Below are positions 1-12,431 of a stretch of DNA of 64,000 nt, in pieces. Positions within the stretch are counted from its first letter, which is position 1. Each line of letters starts with the position of its first letter. Where the stretch lies: the NCBI GenBank assembly GCA_951406725.2, contig OX597830.1:49476001-49540000 (forward strand), written 5' to 3'. The notes below the pieces were generated by a model, which was not told where the DNA came from, ran no database searches, and saw only the letters and a list, made by a program, of their open reading frames with translations. This DNA is from Octopus vulgaris. Its lineage: Eukaryota. The position numbers and the translations under genes were made by a program.

Positions 1-34
<34 letters not shown>

Positions 35-564
35 TTAAGAATCTTAAAAAATATGGCATTTCAAAATATGTGTGAAATTCTAATTAAGGTAATATAAATG
101 ATAAAGTTTCCAAAAAAAAAAAAAAAGAAAAAAAATCCAACTGAAATCTCCCAATGCATTAAATATTTTAGATTAATTAAATCTATTATTGTAAACTTAT
201 TTAAATATTTTTCCCCTTCGAAGAAGGTAGAATTTTTTTTGTATCTTTTATGAGTTATAAAAGTTGAAATATTTTTACTTTACATATCAATCTACTCTCA
301 TAAAGAATAGTGTTTTAACGAAAAAATTCTAACGAAGGAGAATAAAAAGTAAACCTACTTTTTTTTTTACCGAAATACAACTTTATATTCATTAAAACCG
401 ATTGAAAGTTTTTTCTCAATAATAATAATCTTCATAAACATGTGTGCGTGTGCGCGCATAAGAGCGAGTTTGTAGCCTAGAAGTCTTTCGTTGGGATTTG
501 GACAAGCATATTCACGTGTATGTATGTATGTATGTATGTATGTGCACACACATACACACACACA

Positions 565-913
565 TATTAATAGTTATCGCAGTCCAGGTAATATGGCAGT
601 CCAGAAAAATAGGTGAATGCTGCCATTGATTAGCTCCAAGAGGCCATCGCTTCTAGCTAGCTATATGGCACAAAAACATGTGTCCACTACAACCTTCGAA
701 CAGGTTAGGTCAACAGTTCCCCTTGTTCGAAAGTTATAATGGACACAAGTTTGTGTGTCACATAGCTATCTAGATGCGATGGCCTCTTGGAGCTAATCAA
801 CGGCAGCATTTGTCCTATTTTTCTCGACTGCATTGTTTGTTTGGTGATAATTATTAATACCCAGTACGACTACCGTGCTCTCCTCTAGAGAGATTCAGAA
901 ATAATAATATTTC
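565..913. mobile_element. Foldback/palindromic non-autonomous element, copy 1 (long inverted arms plus 3' extension)
   Basis: 565-704 is the imperfect reverse complement of 721-859 (e.g. gattagctccaagaggccatcgc / gcgatggcctcttggagctaatc), with a ~16-bp spacer. A ~55-bp extension follows and is shared with copy 2. Confidence 0.75.
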
Positions 914-959
914 TATTTTTGAAAACCACTGGATGTGTTCCATTGAATATAAATAAATA

Positions 960-1262
960 AACCTTCGAACAGTCAACAGCGACGCCTGCTGGGTTCGGCT
1001 ACTGTACATTGGTAAGGGGCAAATACATCGAAACTAGTCTATGGTTGTGGAACCAGCAAAGAGCAGATGATCTCCTCTGTTCGAAGGTTGTAAGGAACAC
1101 AGGTTGTATGTCACATAGCTAAAGGCGATGGCCTGTTGCAGCTAATCAACGGCAGCCTTCGTCCTATTTTTGTAGACAGCCATGTCAGCTTCGCGATAAC
1201 GATTAATACCTAGTACTGCGGCCGTAGTCTCCTTTAGACAGAATTAGAAATATCGATATTTC
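960..1262. mobile_element. Foldback element, copy 2 (left arm truncated, longer spacer)
   Basis: 1077-1262 is a diverged direct repeat of 722-913. A residual left arm accttcgaacag sits at 961-972, followed by a ~105-bp spacer. Confidence 0.7.
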
Positions 1263-1272
1263 TCTCTTTCTT

Positions 1273-1352
<80 letters not shown>

Positions 1353-1455
1353 TATTCATAAAAATGGTAAGACAACAAAAGAATGAAAGAGACCTCGATA
1401 TTATGTAAATAGAGGAATTTATCTGTAAATGTAATACGTGACAATTATTCGGGAA

Positions 1456-1524
1456 CCATGATAAAACTCCGAGTTTCGGATGCCGAGATGGAAATCCACG
1501 CCGCTATCTCTTCAGTTATTCGGC
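1456..1524 (-). ncRNA. Type I hammerhead ribozyme-like motif in PLE pLTR (partly degenerate)
   Basis: Minus strand: aataa-CTGAAGA-gatagcggcgtggatttccatctcggcatcc-GAAA-ctcggag-TT-ttatc. Canonical core boxes, near-palindromic stem III (ACTC g GAGT), stem I ataa/ttat, imperfect stem II. Confidence 0.65.
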
Positions 1525-2240
1525 CATCGGAAAAAAGCTGTGAAAAATGACCGTTATACAAAGGGAAATTACTCTGTAATTGACAGTTATTAAGACAAAA
1601 GAGCTATTCGAATGACCGCTAAGTAAGGTAAGGGTGTAAAAAGTTCTTAGTATTCGCGTAAGCGCACCTGTTCATACCTACACATGTGCGCCGGCACACC
1701 CACGTTCGTACTCCTAAAAGTATACATTCCTCCACCCTCACTTAAAAACGTACACATTCTCACTCATCCTTCGCCAAATGTATATGTGTATACATACAAA
1801 CCCACACACACACACGCACCACAAAGGTCCATACACACGTCTATATACGCACAAGCACCCGAAAAACAGGGTTAAGGGTAACAATGCAGAAAAAGGCACA
1901 AGGGAGTATACAAAGAGTAAACCACGTCTAGATACGTATATATCCGTATGCAGGCACACACACACGTCTATATACGCACACACACGCGCACGCATAAAAA
2001 GGATCATACATACTTCTATATGCGCACACACACACAAGAAAAAAACAGGCCTGAGGGCAAAAATACAGGTTGGAAGGTAGAATACAGAAAAATTGTGTGT
2101 AAAAAATATATAAGCAATAAACCTATAAACCAGTATCTCTATAAATACGTAAAAAATATATACAAATATATAAGAAATATAAGTAAAAGGTATAAAGAGA
2201 TAAAAAAGCTTGTACGTGGACAAAAAATAGAAAGCAAGTT

Positions 2241-2610
2241 CTATCTGTAATCTCGGTGGGACCAAAAACGTAACAAATATTTGGCCACACATGGGCATGA
2301 TCCGAAAAGTTCAGTTCTTGAATTCATACATGTAGCGGGGTCTAAGCTGCTTTTCCAGATGAGCCATCTTTCCATATCACATAGACCGCACTTTCCACTG
2401 CCGTTGGTGTAGGGCTTACACTTGGCTAAAATATTCCAATGGATGTTGTAACGGACACTTTTCTCTTTTAATGACCATATATAACTTGATAATTTGGTCG
2501 TTTTCCTTTTATCCCAGTGCCTAAAGCTCAAGGTGTGATTATTGAACCTGGCCTTGAAATTACCCTCCGTAAGGCCCACGTATTTTTTCGTCGAAACCGT
2601 GTCTTTAGTA
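2241..2610 (-). pseudogene. PLE GIY-YIG endonuclease domain fragment
   Basis: ORF 2241..2579 extended upstream reads TKDTVSTKKYVGLTEG (second GIY-YIG strand YVG), with the F..R...H motif and Cys-rich C-terminus of PLE endonucleases. Confidence 0.88.
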
Positions 2611-2801
2611 GGTTTAGTGGGTCATTAGTGGCCCGCTAAATGGAGCTTGCATGTCCGAGACCATCGTTTACGAAGCCACCGTGGTATATGCAGTGGTAAT
2701 TCAGTAATTCAGTAAAGATATTATATTAAAATTTACAGACACTGGCAAAATGTTTTACATGTAGAGTGGAGCTATCATAAGGCATTCATAATGGTTTAAA
2801 G

Positions 2802-3020
2802 CAGTGGTTCTTAATAGGTTCACATTGGTTTCTAACTGGTTCCTAACAGTGGTTCCCTACCCTTTTATTTAAATGAGTTTTCCCATGGACTCCTTTTAAT
2901 ATGCTTATCCTTATATATATACAAACACACACATATGAAATTTTGAATTTTGTTTACGGACCCCCAGTATTACTTTTATGGTCCAGCAAGAGCTCGCGGA
3001 CCCCAGGTTGGGAACCACTG
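2802..3020. mobile_element. hAT-type MITE
   Basis: TIRs cagtggttc.../...gaaccactg and an exact 8-bp TSD gtttaaag (2794-2801, 3021-3028). The left TIR is locally reiterated at ~2848. Confidence 0.85.
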
Positions 3021-3399
3021 GTTTAAAGCATACACGAATTATTGTCAAACTCAAACATATAGATGGGAACTTATATGGAAAGGTATCATCTTACATAAAG
3101 CAATATGGTCGTATATAAAGCTATATGTTCTTATACAGAGTACTACTGTCTTATAAAGAGTGGTAAAGGTCTCGTGCAGATCGATAAGGTTTTATATAAA
3201 ACGGTCAGGGTTATTACTTCACCACTGACGGAATATAATATTCCCAGATTCTCTGCAAGAAATCGATACATCATTGATTGTTTTGCTAGTCTTACAAATA
3301 TTTTATAATTTCGTTTTGTTTTAAGTGGACATCAATCAAATGTTGTAATGTCTTAAAATTTGATCAAACACCATTGAACAAGCACACTGGATACTTCTG

Positions 3400-3628
3400 T
3401 ATCATCACCATTATCAGCATCACTATTATCATTACTATTAAAATCATCTTCATGATCATCATGATCTTCATAATGATGATGATGATGATCATCATCATCA
3501 TCGTCATTATTGTAGTTGTTATGAAATGCGCTGCATCGATCGACATACTATGCTACCTGTGACTTAATTTTTTTTGTAATTTTGTCTCAGCAATTAGACC
3601 AATTGTTATTGTTAAATTTGTTATTGTT

Positions 3629-3667
<39 letters not shown>

Positions 3668-3944
3668 GTAATGTTTTACTATGTAGCTGCTTGCTAAATA
3701 CCAATATTGTTTTACAGTCAGTGCAGACACCTGTTTTCAGAGTCCACAAAGAAACCTGATTCAAATATCAAAAATATTCCTGTTATATCTGCAGCAGCAA
3801 TGGTTTTGTTTGTTTCGGTTTCGTTTTCATACTTGCATTCTTCAATATTCTTCAATAGTGTCGGCATCTTTATAGACACATACATACATACATACATACA
3901 TACGTACATACATACATACATACATACATACATACATACATACA

Positions 3945-3973
<29 letters not shown>
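3400..3973. repeat. (ATC/ATG)n and (CATA)n microsatellite cluster
   Basis: Directly visible at 3400-3530, 3632-3668 and 3877-3973. Confidence 0.9.
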
Positions 3974-3975
<2 letters not shown>

Positions 3976-4139
3976 CAGACGGGTAGTGATGATGGTTATA
4001 CTGGGCTTCGCATATTTTCCCCCAGTGTTACTTTGATGACATGCACTGATATCTCACTCAATGATAATAATACTAATAATATTAATGTTGTTACTTTTTA
4101 TGTTTTTGTTATTTAGTTTTTGCTAACGTTAGCAAGGAA

Positions 4140-4900
4140 AACCCTTACATGTCTACTACTAGAATAAACTGAACAGAAAAGCCACAAATTAAAATTCCGA
4201 TGCTAGCTGAGAAGCTCGAGACTAAAAGCAGAGACTGAAGGGTTCTTGACTGCCGCACAAGATGGGAGCCTCCTTAATAGGAAACCATCAAAAATAGACA
4301 ATGAAACAAACTATACGAAGCAACAGTAGAAAATGTGGTGAAAGGAAAGAAACAATGAATCGTTTCAGGCTCTCCAGTCTTATTGAAGCAGGAATAGTTC
4401 TATAGACATGACACATTTTGGACCTATATAGACAGGAAATTGTGCCGGCATTACGGAATAGGAAAAAGATAAAAATGTGATATAAGCATACACCATAGAA
4501 TGGTCAAAGAAAATCTCAAAGAAGCCATATTCTGTGTTTGCCAACACATTCAGGTAGGGATATTAAATGCGAATTGGCCAGATATTGTTATCGTGGATTA
4601 CCAAAAAAAAAAACGAAACAAGACAAAAACAAAACTACCTTCTAATCTTCATACCAATCCCAACGGATGACACTGTATTTATGAAAGAAATGGATGAACT
4701 CTCTAAATACAAAGGTCTGGAAATGGAAATAAATCGAATGTGTGGCCTGAAGAAATAATCTTGAAAAGGTGCTTTAAGTATGGTCAAAATCATATTGACA
4801 ATTACTTAACTAAAACACCGAGATTTACGAGTAAATGTCAGGTACACAAAACAATACTGATAAGCGTTCACACACATCTTACTTAGAACACTTATAATAC
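4140..4900 (+). mobile_element. Degenerate RLE-clade (R4/Dong/NeSL-like) non-LTR retrotransposon, C-terminal zinc knuckle plus endonuclease
   Basis: Frameshifted translation gives LKAETEGFLTAAQD, RKCGERKETMN..VSG.P....RHD, PDIVIVD and IPTDDTVFMKEMDELSKYKGLEMEINRM, matching the CCHC-RHD-PD..D..K layout of RLE elements. Confidence 0.82.
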
Positions 4901-5010
4901 AGCAAAAACATATACTAAAGGAAGCCACATCACATACTCAAAGCACACAACGTTGATTTCTGCAGTGCAGCGGAAGTACATAATGAAAATAAGACTAATG
5001 TATACAAATG

Positions 5011-5760
5011 CTTTCTACTATAAAGACAAGGACTGATATTTGATTTGTAAGGGTTAGACGATTACATTAACCTCAATGCTCAACTCGTATTTATTTCTGC
5101 GACCCCCGAATGTAAGCAGGACAAAGTCAATCTTGGAGGAATTCGAACTCAAAACATACACAGACGAAATATCCCGAAGCATTTTGTCCGCGTTGTAACA
5201 ATTCTACCAGCTCACATACCTCGATAAAAACGGTTTCAAATTTTGCCACAAGGACAGTAATTCTGGGGGAGGGAATAAGTCGACTTCATCAACCCTAGTG
5301 CGTAACTAGTACTTATTTTATCGTCCCTGAAAGAAGGAAAAGGAAAGTGGAGATCAGCAGAATTTTAACTCAGAACATAACGACGGGCGAAATACCTATT
5401 TCTTTACTACCCACAAGGGGCTAAACACAGAAGGGACAAACAAGGACAGACAAAGGGATTAAGTCGATTATATCGATCCCAGTACGTAACTGGTACTTAT
5501 TTAATAGACCCCCGAAACGCTGACAAGCAAAATCGACCTAGGCGGAATTTGAACTCAGAACGTAGCGACAGACGAAATACTGCTGAGAATTTCGCCCGGC
5601 TAGCTCGCCGCCTTTTACTACTTTGATAATAATAATGATTTTAAAGCTTTAGCACCTGGCCCGTATTTCTAGAGGAGAGTGTATTTGTGTATTTATTTTG
5701 TCAACCCCGAAAAGATGAAAGTCGACCTCAGAGGAATTTGAACTCAGAAAGTAATGCCAG
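5011..5760 (-). mobile_element. Cluster of tRNA-derived SINE family A copies (one with duplicated core)
   Basis: Reverse complement of the ggcggcgagctggcag...gagttcaaattccgccgaggtcgactttgcctttcatcctttcggggtcgat consensus seen at 14938, 27542 and 53524. Confidence 0.8.
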
Positions 5761-5899
5761 TCGAATGTGTTTCTCGAAGTCAAGTTACCATAGATACATT
5801 AAACGGATAAGGCACCTTTGGTAGTGATCATACATTAGAATTTGCCATAATTATAAAATCGAAACTGAGTGGTTACCAAGGTGCTAGAAATGGCAGTTA

Positions 5900-6057
5900 A
5901 ATAGGTGGCTATGTGATACGAAGCTTCCTTCCCAACCACATGGTTCCGAGTTCAGTCCACTGCCTGGCACCTTAGGTAAGTGTCTTCAACGATAGTCTCG
6001 GGCCGACGAAGCCTTGTGAATGGATTTGGTAGACGGAAACTGAAAGAACCCAGTCAT

Positions 6058-6133
<76 letters not shown>

Positions 6134-6362
6134 GCATATATTAGTTTGTGTGTGTGACTAACTTTGTCCCCCACCGTCGTTTGACAATTGATGCTGGTTT
6201 ATTTACGTCCCCGTAACTTAGCGATTCGACAAAAGAAACCAATAGAATAAGTACCAGGCAAACAAAAGAATAAGTCCTGGGGTCGATTTCTTCAACTGAA
6301 GGCGATGCTCCAGCATGGCCGCAATCAGATGACCGAAACAAATGAAATGATTAAAAGAATAT
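5900..6362 (+). mobile_element. tRNA-derived SINE family B (internal (TA)n/(TG)n)
   Basis: Head with A/B-box-like motifs (tggctatgtg...ggttccgagttcagtcc), body ggatttggtagacggaaactgaaagaa, tail gctccagcatggccgca...gaaacaa. Matches 8158 and 25021. Confidence 0.85.
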
Positions 6363-6780
6363 AAGCAACGTTCTTTCACAAACGCGCACACGCACAACAG
6401 GCATACGTATGTATATAAATCGAGGTGTATAAATAGATATGGTTGTGAGACGATGATTACACAAATGATATGATGGATGAGTACAAGGCAAAAAAGCAAT
6501 GTTTCATGTTAACTTATAATGAATGTATTACGTCAGCAGCGTAGTAATGTTTGTTTGTTTTTCTCCCCTGAGAATAAAGCACACAATTATTATGTCAGCC
6601 TTGAGGACTGTATTTCCAATTTGTGGCAGGAAGCATAGTCTTGCAATCCATTCATTTACGCAATCTCTTAATAAAAAATCAATACCACAATATGTCCAAT
6701 TGTATGTGCATACATGCTTAGGCACTCATATATATATATATATACTGTGATATTGTGTGTGCACGGGTGTGTGCGTTTCT

Positions 6781-6849
6781 GTATATATTATTCATGTATC
6801 TATATTTTCTTTGATGGAATGTTTTTTTACCAATATACATATATACAAA

Positions 6850-6901
<52 letters not shown>

Positions 6902-7317
6902 CGGAAAGTAAGGTTCATATGCGTCTCGGTTGACAATTTGTGAAAGTGCTTGTGTGTGTATGCATGTGAATGTTTGGATACCTGTGTGTGTGCGTGTGTG
7001 AGTATGAGTGTGTGAGTGTTTGCATGTGTGTGTGTGAGTGTGTGTGCGTGCGTTTGTGTGTATATATATTATTCATATATCTATATTTTCTTTGATGGAT
7101 TGTTATTTACAAATATACATATATACAAACACACACACAAGCACATACACACACACAGACACACACACACACACACTCTCTCACTCTCTCTCTCTCTCTG
7201 GGAAAGTATGGTTCATATGTGTCTCGGTTGACAATTTGTGAAAGTGCTTGTGTGTGTATGCATGTGAATGTTTGGATACCTGTCTGTGTGCATGTGTGAG
7301 TATGAGTGAGTGCGTGC

Positions 7318-7320
<3 letters not shown>
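6781..7320. repeat. Local tandem duplication (~280-300-bp unit, 2 copies)
   Basis: tattcat.tatctatattttctttgatgga...(CA)n...ggaaagta.ggttcatatg.gtctcggttgacaatttgtgaaagtgcttg occurs at ~6781-7010 and ~7061-7310. Confidence 0.9.
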
Positions 7321-7375
<55 letters not shown>

Positions 7376-8157
7376 ATGCCTGTTTGTATCTGTCGCTATA
7401 AAACAAATGGCTGTAATCAACTAGTGACGTGTCTGTTTTTCTATTAGAACATATAGATTCATATTTTGTTAATTTTGCGCTGTCATCTTTTGCAAAATAG
7501 AAATATTCTACAAAAATAATGAAATATTAAAAATAAAAGAATGAATCTAGTTTACATTTAACGTTTGGTAATTTTTTGTCATATTTTAAACATTTTTAGC
7601 AGTTTTTTTTTTCTCTATTTTGTTTGGCAACTTCAAAGACATAGATATATTTTCTAAAGTTATGTGTCATTACGAGGAAGAAACGAAAAAGTAATTGTTA
7701 ATAGTTAAAAAAACATTTGCAACTACGTTGAAACATTAAAACATATTGGCAGTGTGTTTATCTCAATTTCACAATTACAAAATATTTACAAGTCCGTTTT
7801 ATATATTTACTATATTATATAGGAAGGAATTAAAATTATTTTATGATGCGATATACTCTCGATATTTCATTCCTCCTCCTTCTCCTCCTCCCCTCCGTCT
7901 TCATTCCGTGTTGTATTGCACAACGGTCCGTTCTAAAACGATTCCAACGTCATATCAGTGTTATCGCCAATTTCCGGAGAAACGAAGTTTGTGGTCCTCT
8001 ACAACTGTTCTCACGGAAGGATGTGCCCAGTACTGATACAGAAAATTAAGAGAAAACAAGTATTCTCCTCAGTGTTTTAGTTGTGCTTTACTTACCAAAC
8101 CCCAAGGAAACGAGCTCAAGTCGATGTCAGCGTTATTTGAATTGAGATCGCACAGAG

Positions 8158-8598
8158 ACGCAGGAGTGGCTGTGTGGTAAGTAGCTTGCTAACCAACCAC
8201 ATGGTTCCGGGTTCAGTCCCACTGCGTGGCATCTTGGGCAAGTGTCTTCTGCTATAGCCCCGGGCCGACCAATGCCTTGTGAGTGGATTTGGTAGACGGA
8301 AACTGAAAGAAGCCTATCGTATATATGTATATATATATATATGTATAAGTGTGTGTGTGTGTGTATATATGTTTGTGTGTTTGTGTTTGTCCCCCTAGAA
8401 TTGCTTGACAACCGATGCTGGTGTGTTTACATCCCCGTCACTTAGCGGTTCGACAAAAGAGACCGATAGAATAAGTACTGGGCTTACAAAAGAATAAGTC
8501 CCGGGGTAGAGTTGCTCGATTAAAGGCGGTGCTCCAGCATGGCTGCAGTCAAGTGACTGAAACAAGTAAAAGAGTAAAAGAGTAAAAGAGTAAAGAGA
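8158..8598 (+). mobile_element. SINE family B, young full-length copy
   Basis: Nearly identical to 25021-25428 and ends in a (gtaaaaga)n tandem tail. Confidence 0.9.
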
Positions 8599-8787
8599 GT
8601 TTGAATAAATACCGGAAGACACACTAACCGATGCTCACTTTAAGGATTCCATCAAACCAGCATATTGTTACATTTCGAATAACATCGTTTCTTTTAACCA
8701 GTGAAAGCGGCAATATAATGTAAATCAGTTGTTCTCAGTCTATAGATGGCAAACCCAAAGTGAGCCATAGTGTAATCATGAACGAGT

Positions 8788-8945
8788 GAAGGTGCGTGGA
8801 ATAATGGTTGGGGTATTACACTCGCATCATTACAGGATCGCATCATCTTGGTTTTGATTTTCAGACAGGGCAGTTCGTTGTGTTTTTGAGCAAAACTCTT
8901 CATTTCACGTTGCTCCAGCCCACTCAGCTCATAAAAATTAGTAAC
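8788..8945 (+). mobile_element. SINE family D, degenerate 5' half
   Basis: gaaggtgcgtgg...ttgagcaaaactcttcatttcacgttgctccagcccactcagct is homologous to 27201-27335. Confidence 0.65.
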
Positions 8946-10461
8946 GGGCTAGGACCTCTTTTAGTGAGTATGTTGGGACACCAGTCACTTATACGGCATG
9001 GAAACCAGATAGTGTTCCTTACGAGTTCTAGCACTTGAGATGGTAATGCCCCAATGTCCATAATCACGAAAGACTCACAAATGCAAGAACTTTTTTACTT
9101 TTGAAATATTTGATATATTTTAAAGCGCTTTTTAACATGTTTTAAAATACATACCAGACACGTAGAAGCTAAAACATATGATTAAGAAAAATTTGGATGA
9201 ACATTGAATCAAAAGTTGATCACAATATCGACTTCTTAATGAATTGAACATGTTTCCGAGGGTGAGAATTTCTTTGGCGCATCAGAGTGAGAAATAACAA
9301 AACTCTAAGGAATTCCTATTTTATTACAAGGTAATTTCATTAAAGTGTTAACACATTCTGAATGTCATATGGTTGTTGCCTTAATAATGAATAGCAGTGA
9401 AGGAACGTAAATTAAGCGAAGTATTAATAATGATATATAGAAGCTACTCTACTAGTCTTCATGTTTCTATGGTTTAAATGGCCATGAAATAATATCCCAA
9501 GGAACGTTGTCTTATCAATTAATAAGAGTTCAAATTAATAATCTTAACAAGTATTTCCAGCTAAGCTGTTATAACAGGAAAGTTTAACCTGCAATTAACA
9601 TTCCCCTAAAATTGATCTGGAAGGATATTAGATTTTCTAATGTTGTTCATTGTACGAAGCTTTGCTAATTTGATATCTTTGCAAACGTTTAAATATTTGT
9701 AGCGTAGGGAAAACAAGAGTGAAATAGCTAGAATTAAATACAGCTAACTTACTGACTATTGAGTCCAGTGAACAGCTGGGACTGTTCTTCCTTCAGTACA
9801 TTCGAACTCCAGGAGATAGAATTTAAATTCAATTTCTAGTAGAATCTATTGAGATAACCAGAAGTCAACAACCTTGGATGACAACGAAAACTTAATTTCT
9901 TTGAATTCAATCTTAACAATATCATTGTTAAGAACGACCAAGAACCAACCACAGAATAGAATTTCATTAAAACTATTATCAAAAAATTGCTTAACCTCTG
10001 TCTTGAGGTGGCTTCCTTTTAAACAGAACAAAGTCAAACTAATAAAGTATATACTATGCAACATTATTAGCCACAGACCATCGCTGGTCATGAAGAACAA
10101 CGTTGCACCAGCCATGATAATTCCAGGATTTTCTTTCGAGACAAAATGTATCCAAGACTCTGATATGTACAATACACTTTTCTCTGGTGAACTGGGAGGT
10201 TTTGATTTGAGTGCGATGTAACTGTTGTTTCGTTTGCAATTATGTGTGTCGCGGTTCAATCCCTGTTCGCCTTGAACCAATGTAAAAATTGATCTCGGAA
10301 AAAGGCCTAGCAAAGACTCCCGTTTAGCTTATCCCTACCAACTAACTCTTACACTCTGTTCTAACTATTTTTGTCGGAGGTGGGGGGAATACAACATCAA
10401 CAAGAAAAGGGTATTTATTTATTTCAGCAGACTCGCACACACGCGCGCGCGCGCACATATG

Positions 10462-10523
<62 letters not shown>

Positions 10524-10539
10524 ACACACATGCAAACAC

Positions 10540-10700
10540 GACGATCTTCTTTCAGCTTCTATCTACCGGAACCAGTCATAAGTCATTGTTGACTGAGACT
10601 ATAGTAGAAAACAGTCGCTAAGGTGCCACGCAGTGGGACTGAACCCGAGACCACGGGGTTTGGAAGCAAGCTTACCAAACATCGACGTCTGCGCCCGCAA
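10540..10700 (-). mobile_element. SINE family B head fragment
   Basis: aaggtgccacgcagtgggactgaaccc is the reverse complement of the family B head. Confidence 0.75.
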
Positions 10701-12431
10701 ACTATTACCATCCCGAGATATAAGAACACACACACACACACACGCACACACACACACTATTTAACAATTCAATAATAAACGTTGTAATCGATAAGCTGAA
10801 CGCAGTTTCTTTGAGAAACTGGAATGTAATCAGAAACAGAGAATCTATAATACGAAAAGGAATGCAGTTAGAGAGTCGATGAGTTGGTGCGTTAATCCGA
10901 TTGGATTGATACGTTAATGAAGACGCTTCCCACATTTCTTCTGGAATTATCGAGTTACAGACATTAATGATTATTCCTATAGGTTAGCTGATCCAGTTTA
11001 CACTATGTTTCACCGTATATTTTTCGCTCTGCCTTGCATTCAATTATACAGGAATTAATTATAAGCGAGCGGTCAGGTAGGCCAACAGCTACATTGCCTT
11101 CTTCAGCTGTCAGCGAATGTTCTTTCTTTGAGAATCTCTGAAGAATTGCTTGTTGAACAAACGAATTTGGTAAGATCTCATATATCACTCCGTAGAATTA
11201 CGTGAAATGTGTAGTTCTTCAATATAAGTCATTTGTGTAGTTATTCGAGTGAAATGAAGCTTAAAGTTAAATATTATTTCTTTGTTTCGCGTATTATTGT
11301 GCCTCTGTTACTAATCAGATCTATGGTGATTTACTGTATTAATGAGTGGCAGCTATATTCTTGTTGGTGTTGTTATTGTTGTTTAGTTCCAGTTCAGAAC
11401 TGATAGGACAGATGTACGGTAAAAAAGTACTCTAGCCATGAACACCCCGTCTATTTTAAATATTTACGACAACATTCCCCAATGCCTTTCCTTTGTAAGA
11501 CGAGGGTGTTGCATTGTGAAAATCGGTTGCTGTTTATAGCGAAATCAATAACTGTATAAAGATGCGTCCATCGTTGTGGTCAGCTTTGATCGATAATCCA
11601 ATGGTTTACGTTATTCTATCCGCAAGAAATCCAAACGAACGATATACAATACGTTCATTTTTAACGCAGCATCGAGAATTTGAGGCAGGTTTGGCTGTTA
11701 TTACTAGCATATCGAGTGATCTGCCTTGGCTAAGTAAATGGGAGATACGGCAGGCTGCTGGATCATGTTCCTTTCAATTTTTTTTGTTATCTTCCTTTGC
11801 AATTTAATTTCAAATCTTGCCATAATCGATATTTCCATTATGGTATCCTAATTTGTAAAATACCAGTAATTCATTGGTAATCAATGAATTTCTTCGAAAC
11901 CTTGGAATATGTGGTAATGAGTCAATGATTAGCAACTGTAATGCCAAGGTGTCAGAGGAAATACAAACAGATCGATTGATTAGAAGCTACCCATTATTGA
12001 TTATTCTTTATATACTTCCCATCCATCATCGATTATATCTATCGTATTGTTTAGTTTCGTTCTCAAGCGTTCAAATTTCAAATCTTACCAGGCTGAACTT
12101 CGATATCTCTCAGCCCATTAACAACACAAATTGTTACCATCACGGAACTAATGAATGCAGTTAACTAAGCTTCCCTCTTACACGTTTGCTTGTCTTTTCG
12201 AGCAACAAGAAACTCTTCATCGTTTAATATATATTACCACAGCTCATCTACATAAATTTTTCATTTATCGTGTCATCATCGTCCAAATGAGTCACGGTTA
12301 ATAGATGATCACAATTCTATTGCAATCACAGACGACATAGATAAATAAATAATAATAACAAAATATCAATGAAAAATCCGAACAAAGTTCATACACCAAT
12401 AGGAATAAAGAAAATGTTATATAAAGTACTT

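Larger units (their letters stand above)
1355..2686 (-). mobile_element. 5'-truncated Penelope-like retroelement (PLE): GIY-YIG C-terminus, 3' UTR/pLTR, 5' inversion
   Basis: The minus strand encodes ...KKYVGLTEGNFKARFNNHTLSF...LSSYIWSLK...W.IL...CGLCDMER..I...MNSRTELFGSCP, typical of PLE GIY-YIG endonucleases. A hammerhead motif lies downstream and the element ends next to (TA)n. Confidence 0.88.

Noticed and set aside
3707-3876. ORF with a hydrophobic stretch (IPVISAAAMVLFVSVSFSYL) after a ttttacag acceptor, resembling a TM/GPI terminal exon
   Set aside because: No stop before the (CATA)n tract, no recognisable homology, and the opposite strand is equally open.
7870-8100. Apparent minus-strand donor (8096) and acceptor (8033) with a short exon
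   Set aside because: The donor lies in a decayed SINE A-like fragment, and the downstream frames close quickly with no recognisable protein.
9846-10313. 155-aa minus-strand ORF and overlapping 115-aa plus-strand ORF
   Set aside because: No domain recognised. Part overlaps an old interspersed repeat (ccagccatga...tgatttgag motif, with related degenerate copies near 11400-11540 and 15960-16100).
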